From a virus: a DNA stretch of 64,000 nucleotides. The notes below the pieces were generated by a model. That model searched no databases and was not told the origin of the DNA. It saw nothing but the letters and a program-made list of their open reading frames with translations. Made by a program: the position numbers and the translations under genes. Positions 28,537 through 37,102 of this stretch are shown here, piece by piece. The stretch lies in IMG/VR virus record IMGVR_UViG_3300022680_000058, positions 83,980-147,979 of that record; one strand, written 5' to 3'. The stretch's first letter is position 1. Each line of letters opens with the position of its first letter.

Positions 28537-29012
28537 TTAGTACACATCGTCAATTCGCGCTTGCTTTTCTTGACAACCAATCCGGACAAGGCGAGATGCT
28601 GGGCTTCCAGCATCGAACCTCGAAAAATTGTCCCTGGCGATTCGCCAGACGCCAAGCGCCACCTCACTCTCAAGTCTGTCCGGCCAGATTCCTCCACCTG
28701 GCTCCAGTTTCAGTCCGCACAATGCGGAAACCGTCGCACCATCGAGCTCAACCACCACCCGACAGCACAGACCTTTCTAGGCCCACTCCAACCAGGGCAC
28801 CACACGCCCTCGGACAGCTTCAGTGGAAAGTCGAGGACCCGCCCCTCGATGAGACCTGACGCGCCCATTACAACGTCCGTCTCTTCCCAGCCGGGAGACA
28901 GAGACCAAAGAAAAGTCCCGAGGCCATGCCAGATGGTTTTTCTTTCATAACACCTGGGCGACCAGTCTCCCTTATCGAGTTCTTCCGCATTGATCGAGGG
29001 TGGTCGACTCAA
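28537..29012 (-). pseudogene. Probable frameshifted ORF
   Basis: ORFs 28710..29012 and 28537..28758 join if one G is added at GTCGGGTGGTG (~28760). Confidence 0.35.
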
Positions 29013-29087
29013 ACCTCACACGGCGACTGCACCGTATGGGTGGCGCCCATGATTGACACGCCTCGCCTCCACGAATGCTTAGAACCC

Positions 29088-29175
29088 GGTGGGAAGCCGG
29101 GGAATCGAACCCCAAGGCCCAGTGAAAACGACGTGAAGCAACCCGTGTAAGCTTCTATCATTTATGCCGCTTCCC
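29088..29175 (-). ncRNA. tRNA-like element 3 (non-canonical)
   Basis: Perfect 7-bp acceptor GGGAAGC/GCTTCCC, discriminator A + CC(G), T-arm TGGGG-TTCGATT-CCCCG; D/anticodon arms do not form. Confidence 0.65.
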
Positions 29176-29176
29176 A

Positions 29177-29270
29177 TGGCGCGAACAAAACAAGAGTACA
29201 TGGACTCTTTATCGGAACTCTGCCCTGACCGACATGAAAGGAGAGCATTCACTCTCATCTGTCCGCGTCC
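29177..29270 (-). ncRNA. Cloverleaf-like structured RNA C ending in CCA
   Basis: CGCGGACAGA/TTTGTTCGCG closing stem, three internal hairpins; starts at predicted TSS. Confidence 0.55.
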
Positions 29271-29275
29271 CACCT

Positions 29276-29304
29276 ATCATGATGCTGTGAACAGCGACTG
29301 TCAA
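29276..29304 (-). promoter_or_regulatory. Sigma70-like promoter driving ncRNA island
   Basis: TTGACA-17-CATGAT. Confidence 0.7.
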
Positions 29305-30221
29305 GAATCTTTTTTCACCTCGCCAGTACTTTCTTCCTCGTATCTCTCCAAAGCCCTCTTCGCCTCACCTATGGCGAGCTCACAAGCATTCAATGGAACC
29401 AAAAGCTTCTTGACCGCTTGGCCCTCCACACTCTTGATCCACTCCCTGACCTGGTCGACAGTGACAGGCGCCTCCCCATGCCTGAGGATAGAACTCGCCT
29501 CAGCCCCCATGGAAACCCACTTACCCGAAGCCATGGCGAGGACTTCAAGAGGCTGTTCGAGTTCACGACGCCTCTTCTTGAGCACCTTCCTCTCATCCTC
29601 CATCCTCAAGCGAGCTCTCTCTAAATCCTGCCGCTCCCTCTTCACGAGCCTCTCGACCATCACGTCGATCTGTTCAGGCCGAAGCCAGAGACCCTCGAAG
29701 AAGTAGTGCCGATGCTTCACCTGATCCAACTGGACCGCCAGAGCTCGAATCGTAGAGAGTGCCAACTCCTCAGGGAGCGGCTCGATCTTGCGATGCTTCG
29801 CAACCTTCACCTCTCGAATCTTCGAGCCGTTCTTCGTCGCGACCATGAGCCCCCAACCCTCTGGGACCTCATCAGGCTTCACGAGCCCACTGGGAACCGC
29901 GAAGTAGCACTTGTGGAAGTTTTCCTCGACCCACTTCCGCTTGAGAGGGTTCTCCATCTCCTTCCGGAAGTCCGCCCGAGACCTTTTGACTTCGTAGGCA
30001 ACCCGAGTAAACCCCTTGCTGGGCCAGCAGTTGAAAGCCGCGACATCGATCCGCCCTTCGCGACCGTCACCGTATCCCACCCCGGCACGAAGCTCTGTCA
30101 CCACGACCCACTCTGTTCGGTTCGTGTGACGAGCCCTCAGGAGTTCCTCAATGTTGATTTGTGACTTCTCTCTCTTAGGCTCGAAACCGAACCTAGAAAG
30201 AACCTTTGGGGAGTCCACCAC
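29301..30221 (-). CDS. MmcB-like PD-(D/E)xK nuclease-domain protein with coiled coil
   Basis: RIDVAA...AYEVKRSRADF...YFAVP.GLV..EVPEGWGL. Confidence 0.75.
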   Translation of the reverse strand: MVDSPKVLSRFGFEPKREKSQINIEELLRARHTNRTEWVVVTELRAGVGYGDGREGRIDVAAFNCWPSKGFTRVAYEVKRSRADFRKEMENPLKRKWVEENFHKCYFAVPSGLVKPDEVPEGWGLMVATKNGSKIREVKVAKHRKIEPLPEELALSTIRALAVQLDQVKHRHYFFEGLWLRPEQIDVMVERLVKRERQDLERARLRMEDERKVLKKRRRELEQPLEVLAMASGKWVSMGAEASSILRHGEAPVTVDQVREWIKSVEGQAVKKLLVPLNACELAIGEAKRALERYEEESTGEVKKDS

Positions 30222-30520
30222 TACTCCATGGAGGAGGATTCGGGCGGCTCTGGTTCATCACCACTGACGGCGCTCTTGATCTGCTCTTTGGTGTAAACGA
30301 GCGGCGCCTCCTTCTCGACTCGCCTGACGGTCATCCTGAGGAGCTTCATCCTGTCGCCGATTTCCTTGTCGAGGCTGGCCCTCTTCAACTCCAGCTCTTC
30401 GATCTCTTCAGCGAGCGCAGCCGACGAGGAAAACACCCCAGCGGACCACGCCGTCTCAGGCAAATCTGCGACCCATTCGATCTTCTCCACGAGCTCTTTT
30501 GCTGTGACCTTTTTCGGCAT
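30221..30520 (-). CDS. Hypothetical coiled-coil protein
   Basis: Start MPKKVTAK with AGGAG RBS. Confidence 0.6.
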   Translation of the reverse strand: MPKKVTAKELVEKIEWVADLPETAWSAGVFSSSAALAEEIEELELKRASLDKEIGDRMKLLRMTVRRVEKEAPLVYTKEQIKSAVSGDEPEPPESSSME

Positions 30521-30611
30521 ACTGCTTCTCCTTTGGCTACTACTACAGCAGAGCCACACTATACCACAAAGATGCTCTGTGCCATAATATCGAAAAGGTT
30601 GGAGGCACAGG

Positions 30612-30929
30612 ATGGGAGCAGGAGCAGTGAGAAGCTTGAGAGTAGTCGAAGATCCCCACGAGGATTTGCAGGAACTCCTGGAGGCCATGGTCACCAGGCT
30701 CGTCGATAGACCTGATGACATCGTCATCAAAACCATGAAAGCAGCGGACGGATCATCAATCACGTTCGAGGTATTCTGCGACGAAGACGACGTTGGCGCC
30801 GTTCTCGGGTCAAGGGGACGTCACGCCGAGGCGATGAGAACACTCCTCACCGCCGCCGCCGCAGCGATGAGGACACGCGTCTACGTCCAGTTCCTGTCGA
30901 GGGACCACGATGGCATGCCGCCCAGATAG
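30612..30929 (+). CDS. khpA: KhpA-like KH-domain RNA-binding protein
   Basis: ELLEAMVTRLVDRPDDI...DDVGAVLGSRGRHAEAMRTLL. Confidence 0.85.
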   Translation: MGAGAVRSLRVVEDPHEDLQELLEAMVTRLVDRPDDIVIKTMKAADGSSITFEVFCDEDDVGAVLGSRGRHAEAMRTLLTAAAAAMRTRVYVQFLSRDHDGMPPR

Positions 30930-31008
30930 TTTCACACCGAACCCGGTATTCTCATTCGGATTCCCTGGTATCCTCGGGGTCCTTCCATCAACTCAGGAGG
31001 TAAAGGCT

Positions 31009-31650
31009 GTGTTCCCAGCACTCAGCTCAACAGTCATACCCCACGCCCAGGAAATCAAATTCCGACGTGGCGACAGCTTCGACATCGATATCCAAATCCA
31101 GGATGACAGAGACCCTCCAAGCGAAGTCGACGCCTCGAACTCTGTCCTTCGGTTCGGCGCCAAACCAGGATATGGACAATACAACGTTTCCACCCCAAGC
31201 CTGGTCTATGGGAATGATGGGCTTCAAATCTACAAACGATCATACGATGAACTGGAAATCGAACAGGTAAACCCATCAAATGGTCAATTCAAGATTCACA
31301 TCAAGAAGTCAGACACTGTAGAGCACCCTGCGATTCCAATGGTATGGGACCTTGAGCTCACGATACCAACTTCACAACTCTCTGCACCTGGAACAGTCAT
31401 CGTACAAAACGGAGACCCGATCATCCAAGGCATTGGAACCAACTTTGGTGACGATGGCCTCACCGCTGGCGACATCATTGTCATCGAAGGCAGAAGGATC
31501 ATGATCGACACAGTTCACAGTGAAACGTCCATCGAGACAGACTTCACCGGATGGTCTGGAGGGACTGGCCTATCATACGAGCTCTATGTCAGCCAATCTC
31601 GTGTAATTGCCAGTGGTCATTGGACATGTCTCGCTGACGTCGTCATCTAG
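31009..31650 (+). CDS. BppU-like baseplate/tail domain protein
   Basis: I.FRRGDSF....I...VDASNS.L...GQF.I.I...DT...WDLEL; AGGAGG RBS before GTG. Confidence 0.6.
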   Translation: MFPALSSTVIPHAQEIKFRRGDSFDIDIQIQDDRDPPSEVDASNSVLRFGAKPGYGQYNVSTPSLVYGNDGLQIYKRSYDELEIEQVNPSNGQFKIHIKKSDTVEHPAIPMVWDLELTIPTSQLSAPGTVIVQNGDPIIQGIGTNFGDDGLTAGDIIVIEGRRIMIDTVHSETSIETDFTGWSGGTGLSYELYVSQSRVIASGHWTCLADVVI

Positions 31651-31696
31651 CCCCTCCTTGACAACTCGTATTAGTATATACATACTCTCCACCAGT

Positions 31697-31972
31697 ATGG
31701 CTATAAGAGTTCAAAAAGGCGTTGAGGTGCCCAAGCGGTGCCGTGGGTGCGGAAAACCAATCCAAGAGGACGACCGCCGCACCGTCAGAATAACAGTCGG
31801 GCAGCTCCACTCCCTCGAAAAGAAAAAAGAACGATTCGAGGAGGAGCCATCGGACATGTGGGGCTATATGCATGAAATCTGCTTCGGGCTCGCCATCCGC
31901 GACCCTGACGCCATTCGCAAACAAGCGTCGAAATTCAAATCTGCCGACGCCACCGCATCCCCACTCGAATAG
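31697..31972 (+). CDS. Small zinc-binding protein
   Basis: CRGCGKPI...HEIC. Confidence 0.55.
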   Translation: MAIRVQKGVEVPKRCRGCGKPIQEDDRRTVRITVGQLHSLEKKKERFEEEPSDMWGYMHEICFGLAIRDPDAIRKQASKFKSADATASPLE

Positions 31973-32031
31973 TCCTATCTCCACCCCACAACCCCTGGCT
32001 CTCTTTTTTACAAATTTCTACGCCCTGATTA

Positions 32032-32059
32032 TTGACAAACTGAAATCAGGCTATAATAT
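32032..32059 (+). promoter_or_regulatory. Conserved-spacer early-type promoter
   Basis: TTGACAAACTGAAATCA...TAATAT; family with 33266, 37055, 58591, 60114, 60252, 62278. Confidence 0.7.
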
Positions 32060-32083
32060 TAGTGGTGAAAGAGAGGAGTTCTC

Positions 32084-32362
32084 ATGAAAGTTTTCGCCAC
32101 CATCATCACCGGCACCACCTGGGCAATCTACAATCTCCACACCGGAGAACTCCTCGAAAAAAGCGGGGACCGCCGGAAAGAAGTCACTTACAAGGTCGAC
32201 TTCGACTTCGATTGGCCATGGTCGGCTGATCGCAAGTACCAAGACTCGATCCACCAAGTCAGCAACGAAGAGCGGGCCAAGCGCTTTCAGGAGCGTTGGC
32301 CAAACGAATTCGAGGACCCGAACGCCTACACCCCACCGGCTCCCTCGGCCCTCGGTTTCTAA
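32084..32362 (+). CDS. Hypothetical early protein
   Basis: GAGGAG RBS, directly behind promoter. Confidence 0.65.
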   Translation: MKVFATIITGTTWAIYNLHTGELLEKSGDRRKEVTYKVDFDFDWPWSADRKYQDSIHQVSNEERAKRFQERWPNEFEDPNAYTPPAPSALGF

Positions 32363-32373
32363 AGGAGGACACC

Positions 32374-32916
32374 ATGGCCACTAACACCAGCAATGGAAGA
32401 TTCGTCAACATCCCAGCAGAAGACATCAAACGGTGTCTCAACGACATCTGTGAAAAGGTCTCCGAAGCTGGCGGTGTGTGCTCCGAAGGCACCTCTGGGA
32501 AAGAGGTCACCTTCGACATTCAACCCCCCGGCGTGAAAACCTTCGTGAGAGTCTTCACCTCCCTCGGGAGAGGGAGCTCTTCAGTCCGTGGTTGCGGTGA
32601 GGACGCCGTGAGACTCATCGTCGGGTTCATGGGCAAGGACAGACGAGACAGAGACAGGTTCTTCACTGTCAGAAAAAAGACGGTCTACAGGACCGCCCCA
32701 CAGAACGATGACGAATCAGTCCGCGTCGAAGCATTCCTCGAACGCTTCAAAGAGGCGATCAGGGGTGGGTACAAAATCGCCAAACTACACCCCCATTGTC
32801 CTGATTGCGGCGCCCCCATGGCGATCAGAGAAAACAGGGCAACGAAGCACGAATTCCTGGGCTGCTCTAAGTACCCACAATGCAAGAAAACCATCCCACT
32901 CCCCAAAGAGTCATGA
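32374..32916 (+). CDS. Protein with C-terminal topoisomerase-I-type C4 zinc ribbon
   Basis: CPDCGAPMAIR...FLGCSKYPQC. Confidence 0.75.
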   Translation: MATNTSNGRFVNIPAEDIKRCLNDICEKVSEAGGVCSEGTSGKEVTFDIQPPGVKTFVRVFTSLGRGSSSVRGCGEDAVRLIVGFMGKDRRDRDRFFTVRKKTVYRTAPQNDDESVRVEAFLERFKEAIRGGYKIAKLHPHCPDCGAPMAIRENRATKHEFLGCSKYPQCKKTIPLPKES

Positions 32917-33269
32917 GCTACTACGAACGCACAATCCGCGAAATCAATCGACGGCAATGGATCGACCTCGCTTTCGAACTCATCGAAGAGATGATGGACG
33001 AAGGCGAGGACCCTGATTGCAGGCTCCTGAAAGCCGCAGAGAACGTCCATGGATTCATGGAAGGTATGAAACCAGTCAAAGCTCTCAGAACCGCTGGGAA
33101 GCTCGCCCTGGACTATCAAGGATGCCTCCCTCCATCAACAGACTGGCTCAGTTCAAAAGAAATGAGGGCACACTATAGACGTAATGACGCCGCCCAAGTC
33201 ATCAGGTACGCTACAGCCAAGATTCCGCCCTCGAAGAAACTTTTACAAAAAACTCTCCACTCCCGTTGA
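32913..33269 (+). CDS. Hypothetical protein
   Basis: ATGA-coupled to previous gene. Confidence 0.6.
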   Translation: MSYYERTIREINRRQWIDLAFELIEEMMDEGEDPDCRLLKAAENVHGFMEGMKPVKALRTAGKLALDYQGCLPPSTDWLSSKEMRAHYRRNDAAQVIRYATAKIPPSKKLLQKTLHSR

Positions 33270-33308
33270 CAAACGCAAACCAGTGCATATGATGTAAGTG
33301 AACTGGCA

Positions 33309-35417
33309 ATGACATCCAGCGGTGATCCTCTCGGAATTCCGAGAGAAGAAAGGTTTTTTGATATGGCACTCGGAAAAGCAATCGCAACCATGGCGACCGC
33401 AGTCGCAATCTCCACCCAGGACGCTGAAAAAAAGCTCCTCGGTGGCCTCAACCCCGAACAGAAAGAGATCGTTCTCCACGACAAAGGTCCGATCCTCGCC
33501 GCCGCCGTCGCTGGGTCGGGTAAGACCCACACCTTGGTCAACCGGGTCGGCTACCTCACCGCAGTCCGTGGCGTAAATCCTCGCCGCGTTCTCGCCGTCA
33601 CCTTCTCGCGAAAGGGTGCCGAAGAAATGAACGAGCGGCTCGTCTCGCTCATCGGAGACACCGGAGCCAGAGTCGGCACCTTCCACTCCCTCGCTCTCCA
33701 GATTCTCCGAGAAGAAGGACGCATCAAAGACTGGACGATCGATGATCGGGATCGCTACCGCTACTGTGTCAAGGATGCTGTCAGTTGGCAGGGTATGAAG
33801 TGGACCAGAGCTGACCTCACACTTCTTGTCCAATACATCTCGCTTTGCAAGTGCGCTCTCGCCCGTCCCATGACCGCCGAAGCCGAAGCTATCGCCCAAG
33901 ATATCCGGGCGAAAAACCCGCGCCCCTCGACCGTCGTCGAAAAGATGATGGAAGCCTACGATCGAGCAGAAGAAGTCCGAAAAGAGCGTATGATTATCAC
34001 CTTCGATGACATGCTCTTCGACGCCTGTGAACTCCTCTCCAATGACGAAGGTCTCAGGGTCCGCTGGGCTTCAAAATGGGATTACGTCCTTCAGGATGAG
34101 GCCCAAGACCAAAACCTCGGGCAGCTCCTCCTTGGAGAGCTCCTCGCCAAGGACCATCGGAACTACATGCTCGTTGGCGACCCCGCACAGACCATCTACA
34201 CTTGGCGCGGCGCCCGCCCGGAAAAACTCCTCGGGTTCGAGGAAAAGTGGGACGCAAAGAAGGTCATCATGTCGCGGAACTACCGCTGTGGCCAAGAAAT
34301 CATCGGAGTCGCCAACAAGGTGCTCGAATCGATGGACCCAGCGACTCGCCTCGACACTCAAATGATTTGTGAACTCGGAACCACTGCTCAAGTCACCTGC
34401 CGACAGTTCGAGGATCTCGACGAAGAGGCAGAAAGCATCGGTGTCCAGATCAAAGAGGCACTCGAATCCGGTGTGAAGGCCCGAGACATCGGAATCCTCT
34501 ACCGGACCAACGCCCAGAGTCGAGGTCCAGAAGAGGCACTCATTGGTCTCGGAATCCCATACAGGATCATCGGCGGGGTGAACTTCTACGAGCGGAAAGA
34601 AGTCAAGGATCTCCTCGCATACCTCAGGCTCGCCGAAGGCCGTGGGTCGCTTGACGACGTCGCCCGGTGCATCAATGCCCCGTTCCGCTACCTCGGGAAA
34701 GCCTTCGTCGGCAGGGTCCGAGAAGCCACCAAAAAGGCCCGCGTCGCCGCTCGCAAGAACAACGGGCGGATCAGCTACCCAGCACTCATCAAGAAAGTCG
34801 CCCAGCAAGAAGGAATCCAAGCCCGCCAGCGATACTCAGTCCAAGACTGGGCTGACATGATCGAACTCTGTCACTCGAAGATCCAGGCAGGAGAAAAGCC
34901 CGCCAGAATCCTCGAACAGATCATCCTCGATACCCAATATATCGGCTGGCTCACCCGCGACCAAGGCGAGGAGAGCACGGAGAACTCGCGGGTCTCGAAC
35001 GTCCGTGAGATGGTTCGAGCCGCCGAACGATTCCCGACAACCAAAGGACTCCTCGACTACATCGACAAGACTCTCAAGGCCAGCAAAGACCAAAAGAGCA
35101 AAAACAAGAACCCGAACAAAGTTACTTTGACGACGATCCACCGCTCGAAGGGTGGAGAGTTCCCCGTTGTGTTCTCCATCGGCGTCAACGAGGGGATTCT
35201 TCCCCACGCCCGAGCTGAGGAACCCGAAGAAGAGCGACGCCTCTTCTATGTCGCCGTCACCAGGGCAATGAATGAGCTCCACATCTCCTGTGTGAGACAA
35301 GCTGCCATCGGTAACAGAGTCCTCGCTCTCTCCCCCTCACCATTCATCAAGGATGCCGGTCTCGTCATCGAGAGCGACCCCCAAGACATCGCCTTCGGTG
35401 ACCCCAGAGACGTCTAG
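33309..35417 (+). CDS. UvrD/PcrA/Rep superfamily 1 helicase
   Basis: LNPEQ, AVAGSGKT, VTFSRK, TFHS, DEAQD, VGDPAQTIYTWRGA, NYR, LYRTNAQ, TIHRSKG.EF, EERRLFYVAVTRA. Confidence 0.95.
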   Translation: MTSSGDPLGIPREERFFDMALGKAIATMATAVAISTQDAEKKLLGGLNPEQKEIVLHDKGPILAAAVAGSGKTHTLVNRVGYLTAVRGVNPRRVLAVTFSRKGAEEMNERLVSLIGDTGARVGTFHSLALQILREEGRIKDWTIDDRDRYRYCVKDAVSWQGMKWTRADLTLLVQYISLCKCALARPMTAEAEAIAQDIRAKNPRPSTVVEKMMEAYDRAEEVRKERMIITFDDMLFDACELLSNDEGLRVRWASKWDYVLQDEAQDQNLGQLLLGELLAKDHRNYMLVGDPAQTIYTWRGARPEKLLGFEEKWDAKKVIMSRNYRCGQEIIGVANKVLESMDPATRLDTQMICELGTTAQVTCRQFEDLDEEAESIGVQIKEALESGVKARDIGILYRTNAQSRGPEEALIGLGIPYRIIGGVNFYERKEVKDLLAYLRLAEGRGSLDDVARCINAPFRYLGKAFVGRVREATKKARVAARKNNGRISYPALIKKVAQQEGIQARQRYSVQDWADMIELCHSKIQAGEKPARILEQIILDTQYIGWLTRDQGEESTENSRVSNVREMVRAAERFPTTKGLLDYIDKTLKASKDQKSKNKNPNKVTLTTIHRSKGGEFPVVFSIGVNEGILPHARAEEPEEERRLFYVAVTRAMNELHISCVRQAAIGNRVLALSPSPFIKDAGLVIESDPQDIAFGDPRDV

Positions 35418-35528
35418 TCTGTGAGTCCGCCCCTCCCGGCGGTTGCGACATAGGGGGGGCGGGGAGCTCCGGTTCCTCGCCCCCAAACTTTCCCATGTGG
35501 TATGGTTGAAACAGAGAAGAGGGACACC

Positions 35529-36170
35529 ATGGATATCCAAGAAGTCAACGCAATCTTGAACCAGGCGATCGAAGGTCTTCAGTTCGCCGAGATCGAAGCC
35601 CTGGCAGAGTTCACCATTCCATCGCCCGCAGAAATGCACAGACGCTCCGGAATGCCCCTTCCCAAGCCCGAGGTCCCGACACCGGCAGAGATGCACAAGC
35701 GCTCTGGAATGCCCCTCCCTGGCAGCGTCAGAGTGACCAAAGGGAGTCAGCATCCAAAGACAGCTTACCAGTCCGTAGCGTCATCCAAGAAAACGAAGCC
35801 GACCCACTTCTACAATCCACAAGGCAACCTCATGGACCCCGACAAGGGGAGTCGAGCCAACGTCAAGAAAGCTGAAGAGCTCGCCCAGGTCATCCAAGCC
35901 GCCACAGATGAGGTCTACAAAGATTTCGGCATCGAGGGATACTCTCGAAGCAAGAGCGGTGGACTCGTCACCGTGAATCCCAAGAAGAAGTTCATCGCAA
36001 TCGATATCGGGAGCTCAGGAAAGCTCCTCGTTGGTCCGAACAACTTCGTATGGGGCATCAAGGGCTACGGAGTCCGCCACCCTCAGAAGTTCTATGGAAC
36101 TGTCGACGAAATGATCCGGAATGGATTCTCGATCACCATCGGCGGGACGCCCTACATCATCAAGGCCTAA
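35529..36170 (+). CDS. Leader-family protein (putative internal head protein)
   Basis: MDIQEVNAILNQAIEGLQFAEIEALAE then two copies of (I/V)P(S/T)PAEMH(R/K)RSGMPLP. Confidence 0.75.
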   Translation: MDIQEVNAILNQAIEGLQFAEIEALAEFTIPSPAEMHRRSGMPLPKPEVPTPAEMHKRSGMPLPGSVRVTKGSQHPKTAYQSVASSKKTKPTHFYNPQGNLMDPDKGSRANVKKAEELAQVIQAATDEVYKDFGIEGYSRSKSGGLVTVNPKKKFIAIDIGSSGKLLVGPNNFVWGIKGYGVRHPQKFYGTVDEMIRNGFSITIGGTPYIIKA

Positions 36171-36386
36171 ACAGGCTCATCACCACAATCACCACCGCCA
36201 GAACTACCGTCACCAAGAGCCGCCTCAGCATCTTCTTTCGCCACCGCCTCGCTGCCCTCTGCTCAGAAGTTCTTCGACGCCTGAGGCCCTTCCGACGCCT
36301 CACAAAGCTATTCATCCTGTAGCGCCTGTTGACCGAACCGGTCCGCCGCCGCTTTTTGTCCCGTGGTCTGATATTCCAATATCCCA

Positions 36387-36902
36387 TCAAAAAGGCCATG
36401 TAGTTGGATCGAAAAACTCGACAGTGAGCTCAGCACTTCTGGCCCTTTTGATACAATCCCAAGTACCACCCTTCTCTACCTCATCCCAGACGGACAAAAG
36501 AACCCCTCCAGGGGTCTCCGACGCCCAGTCAACCATGTCCTGGTTCCTCTGGGTCATGCACCACGGCCCAGGCCACGGAGCATCACAAGTATACCTCTCC
36601 TCCCGAGCATGAGACAAAAGACGCCTGTGAAGGTCTCTGGACTCTGCTGGCCACCTCTTGTCCTGGTCATGACACGGAAGAAAAGCAATGAAGGGGACAT
36701 GGTTGTGATAGCACCTCGCCGCGAAAAACTGATCCACGCCAAGCGCCATCCCGGTTCCAGCAATCAAGTCGCCCTGTTTCTGGTAGTGCTTCAGGCGCTC
36801 CTCCATCCAATCTCGAATCGCAATGTTCCGTTCGTCGTCCCAGTCATATCCTCCCGGTAACCGGGTCGGCCTGTGACCTGTCACAATGACTCTTAAATCC
36901 AT
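36387..36902 (-). CDS. SLOG-superfamily YspA/DUF1273-like protein
   Basis: VIVTGHRP, GMALGVDQ, RNQDMVD, GGTWDC. Confidence 0.85.
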   Translation of the reverse strand: MDLRVIVTGHRPTRLPGGYDWDDERNIAIRDWMEERLKHYQKQGDLIAGTGMALGVDQFFAARCYHNHVPFIAFLPCHDQDKRWPAESRDLHRRLLSHAREERYTCDAPWPGPWCMTQRNQDMVDWASETPGGVLLSVWDEVEKGGTWDCIKRARSAELTVEFFDPTTWPF

Positions 36903-37102
36903 GAAATCTATAGTAACCACATAGCATCCACTTGCCATATGAAAAACCAATCCTATACTATTATTCAAATCTAGTGGTTCGAGGTATTGGCCCCCTGGCG
37001 CCATCCAGGCGGGCCATCTTTGTGAACAAAGTCTCTTTTACTCTTGACAGGCTATTGACAAACCTAAATCAGTCCACACCTTGCTTGTGGAGGTCAAGAG
37101 AT

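Noticed and set aside
29088-29175. tRNA-Sec or UGA-suppressor tRNA (contains CTTCAC)
   Set aside because: Flanks do not form an anticodon stem and the acceptor is 7 bp; genes terminate normally at TGA, so there is no sign of recoding.
35425-35512. GC-rich hairpins and GGTTGAAAC after uvrD as ncRNA or CRISPR repeat
   Set aside because: Compatible with a terminator plus an extended -10 (TGGTATGGT) for the next gene; single copy.
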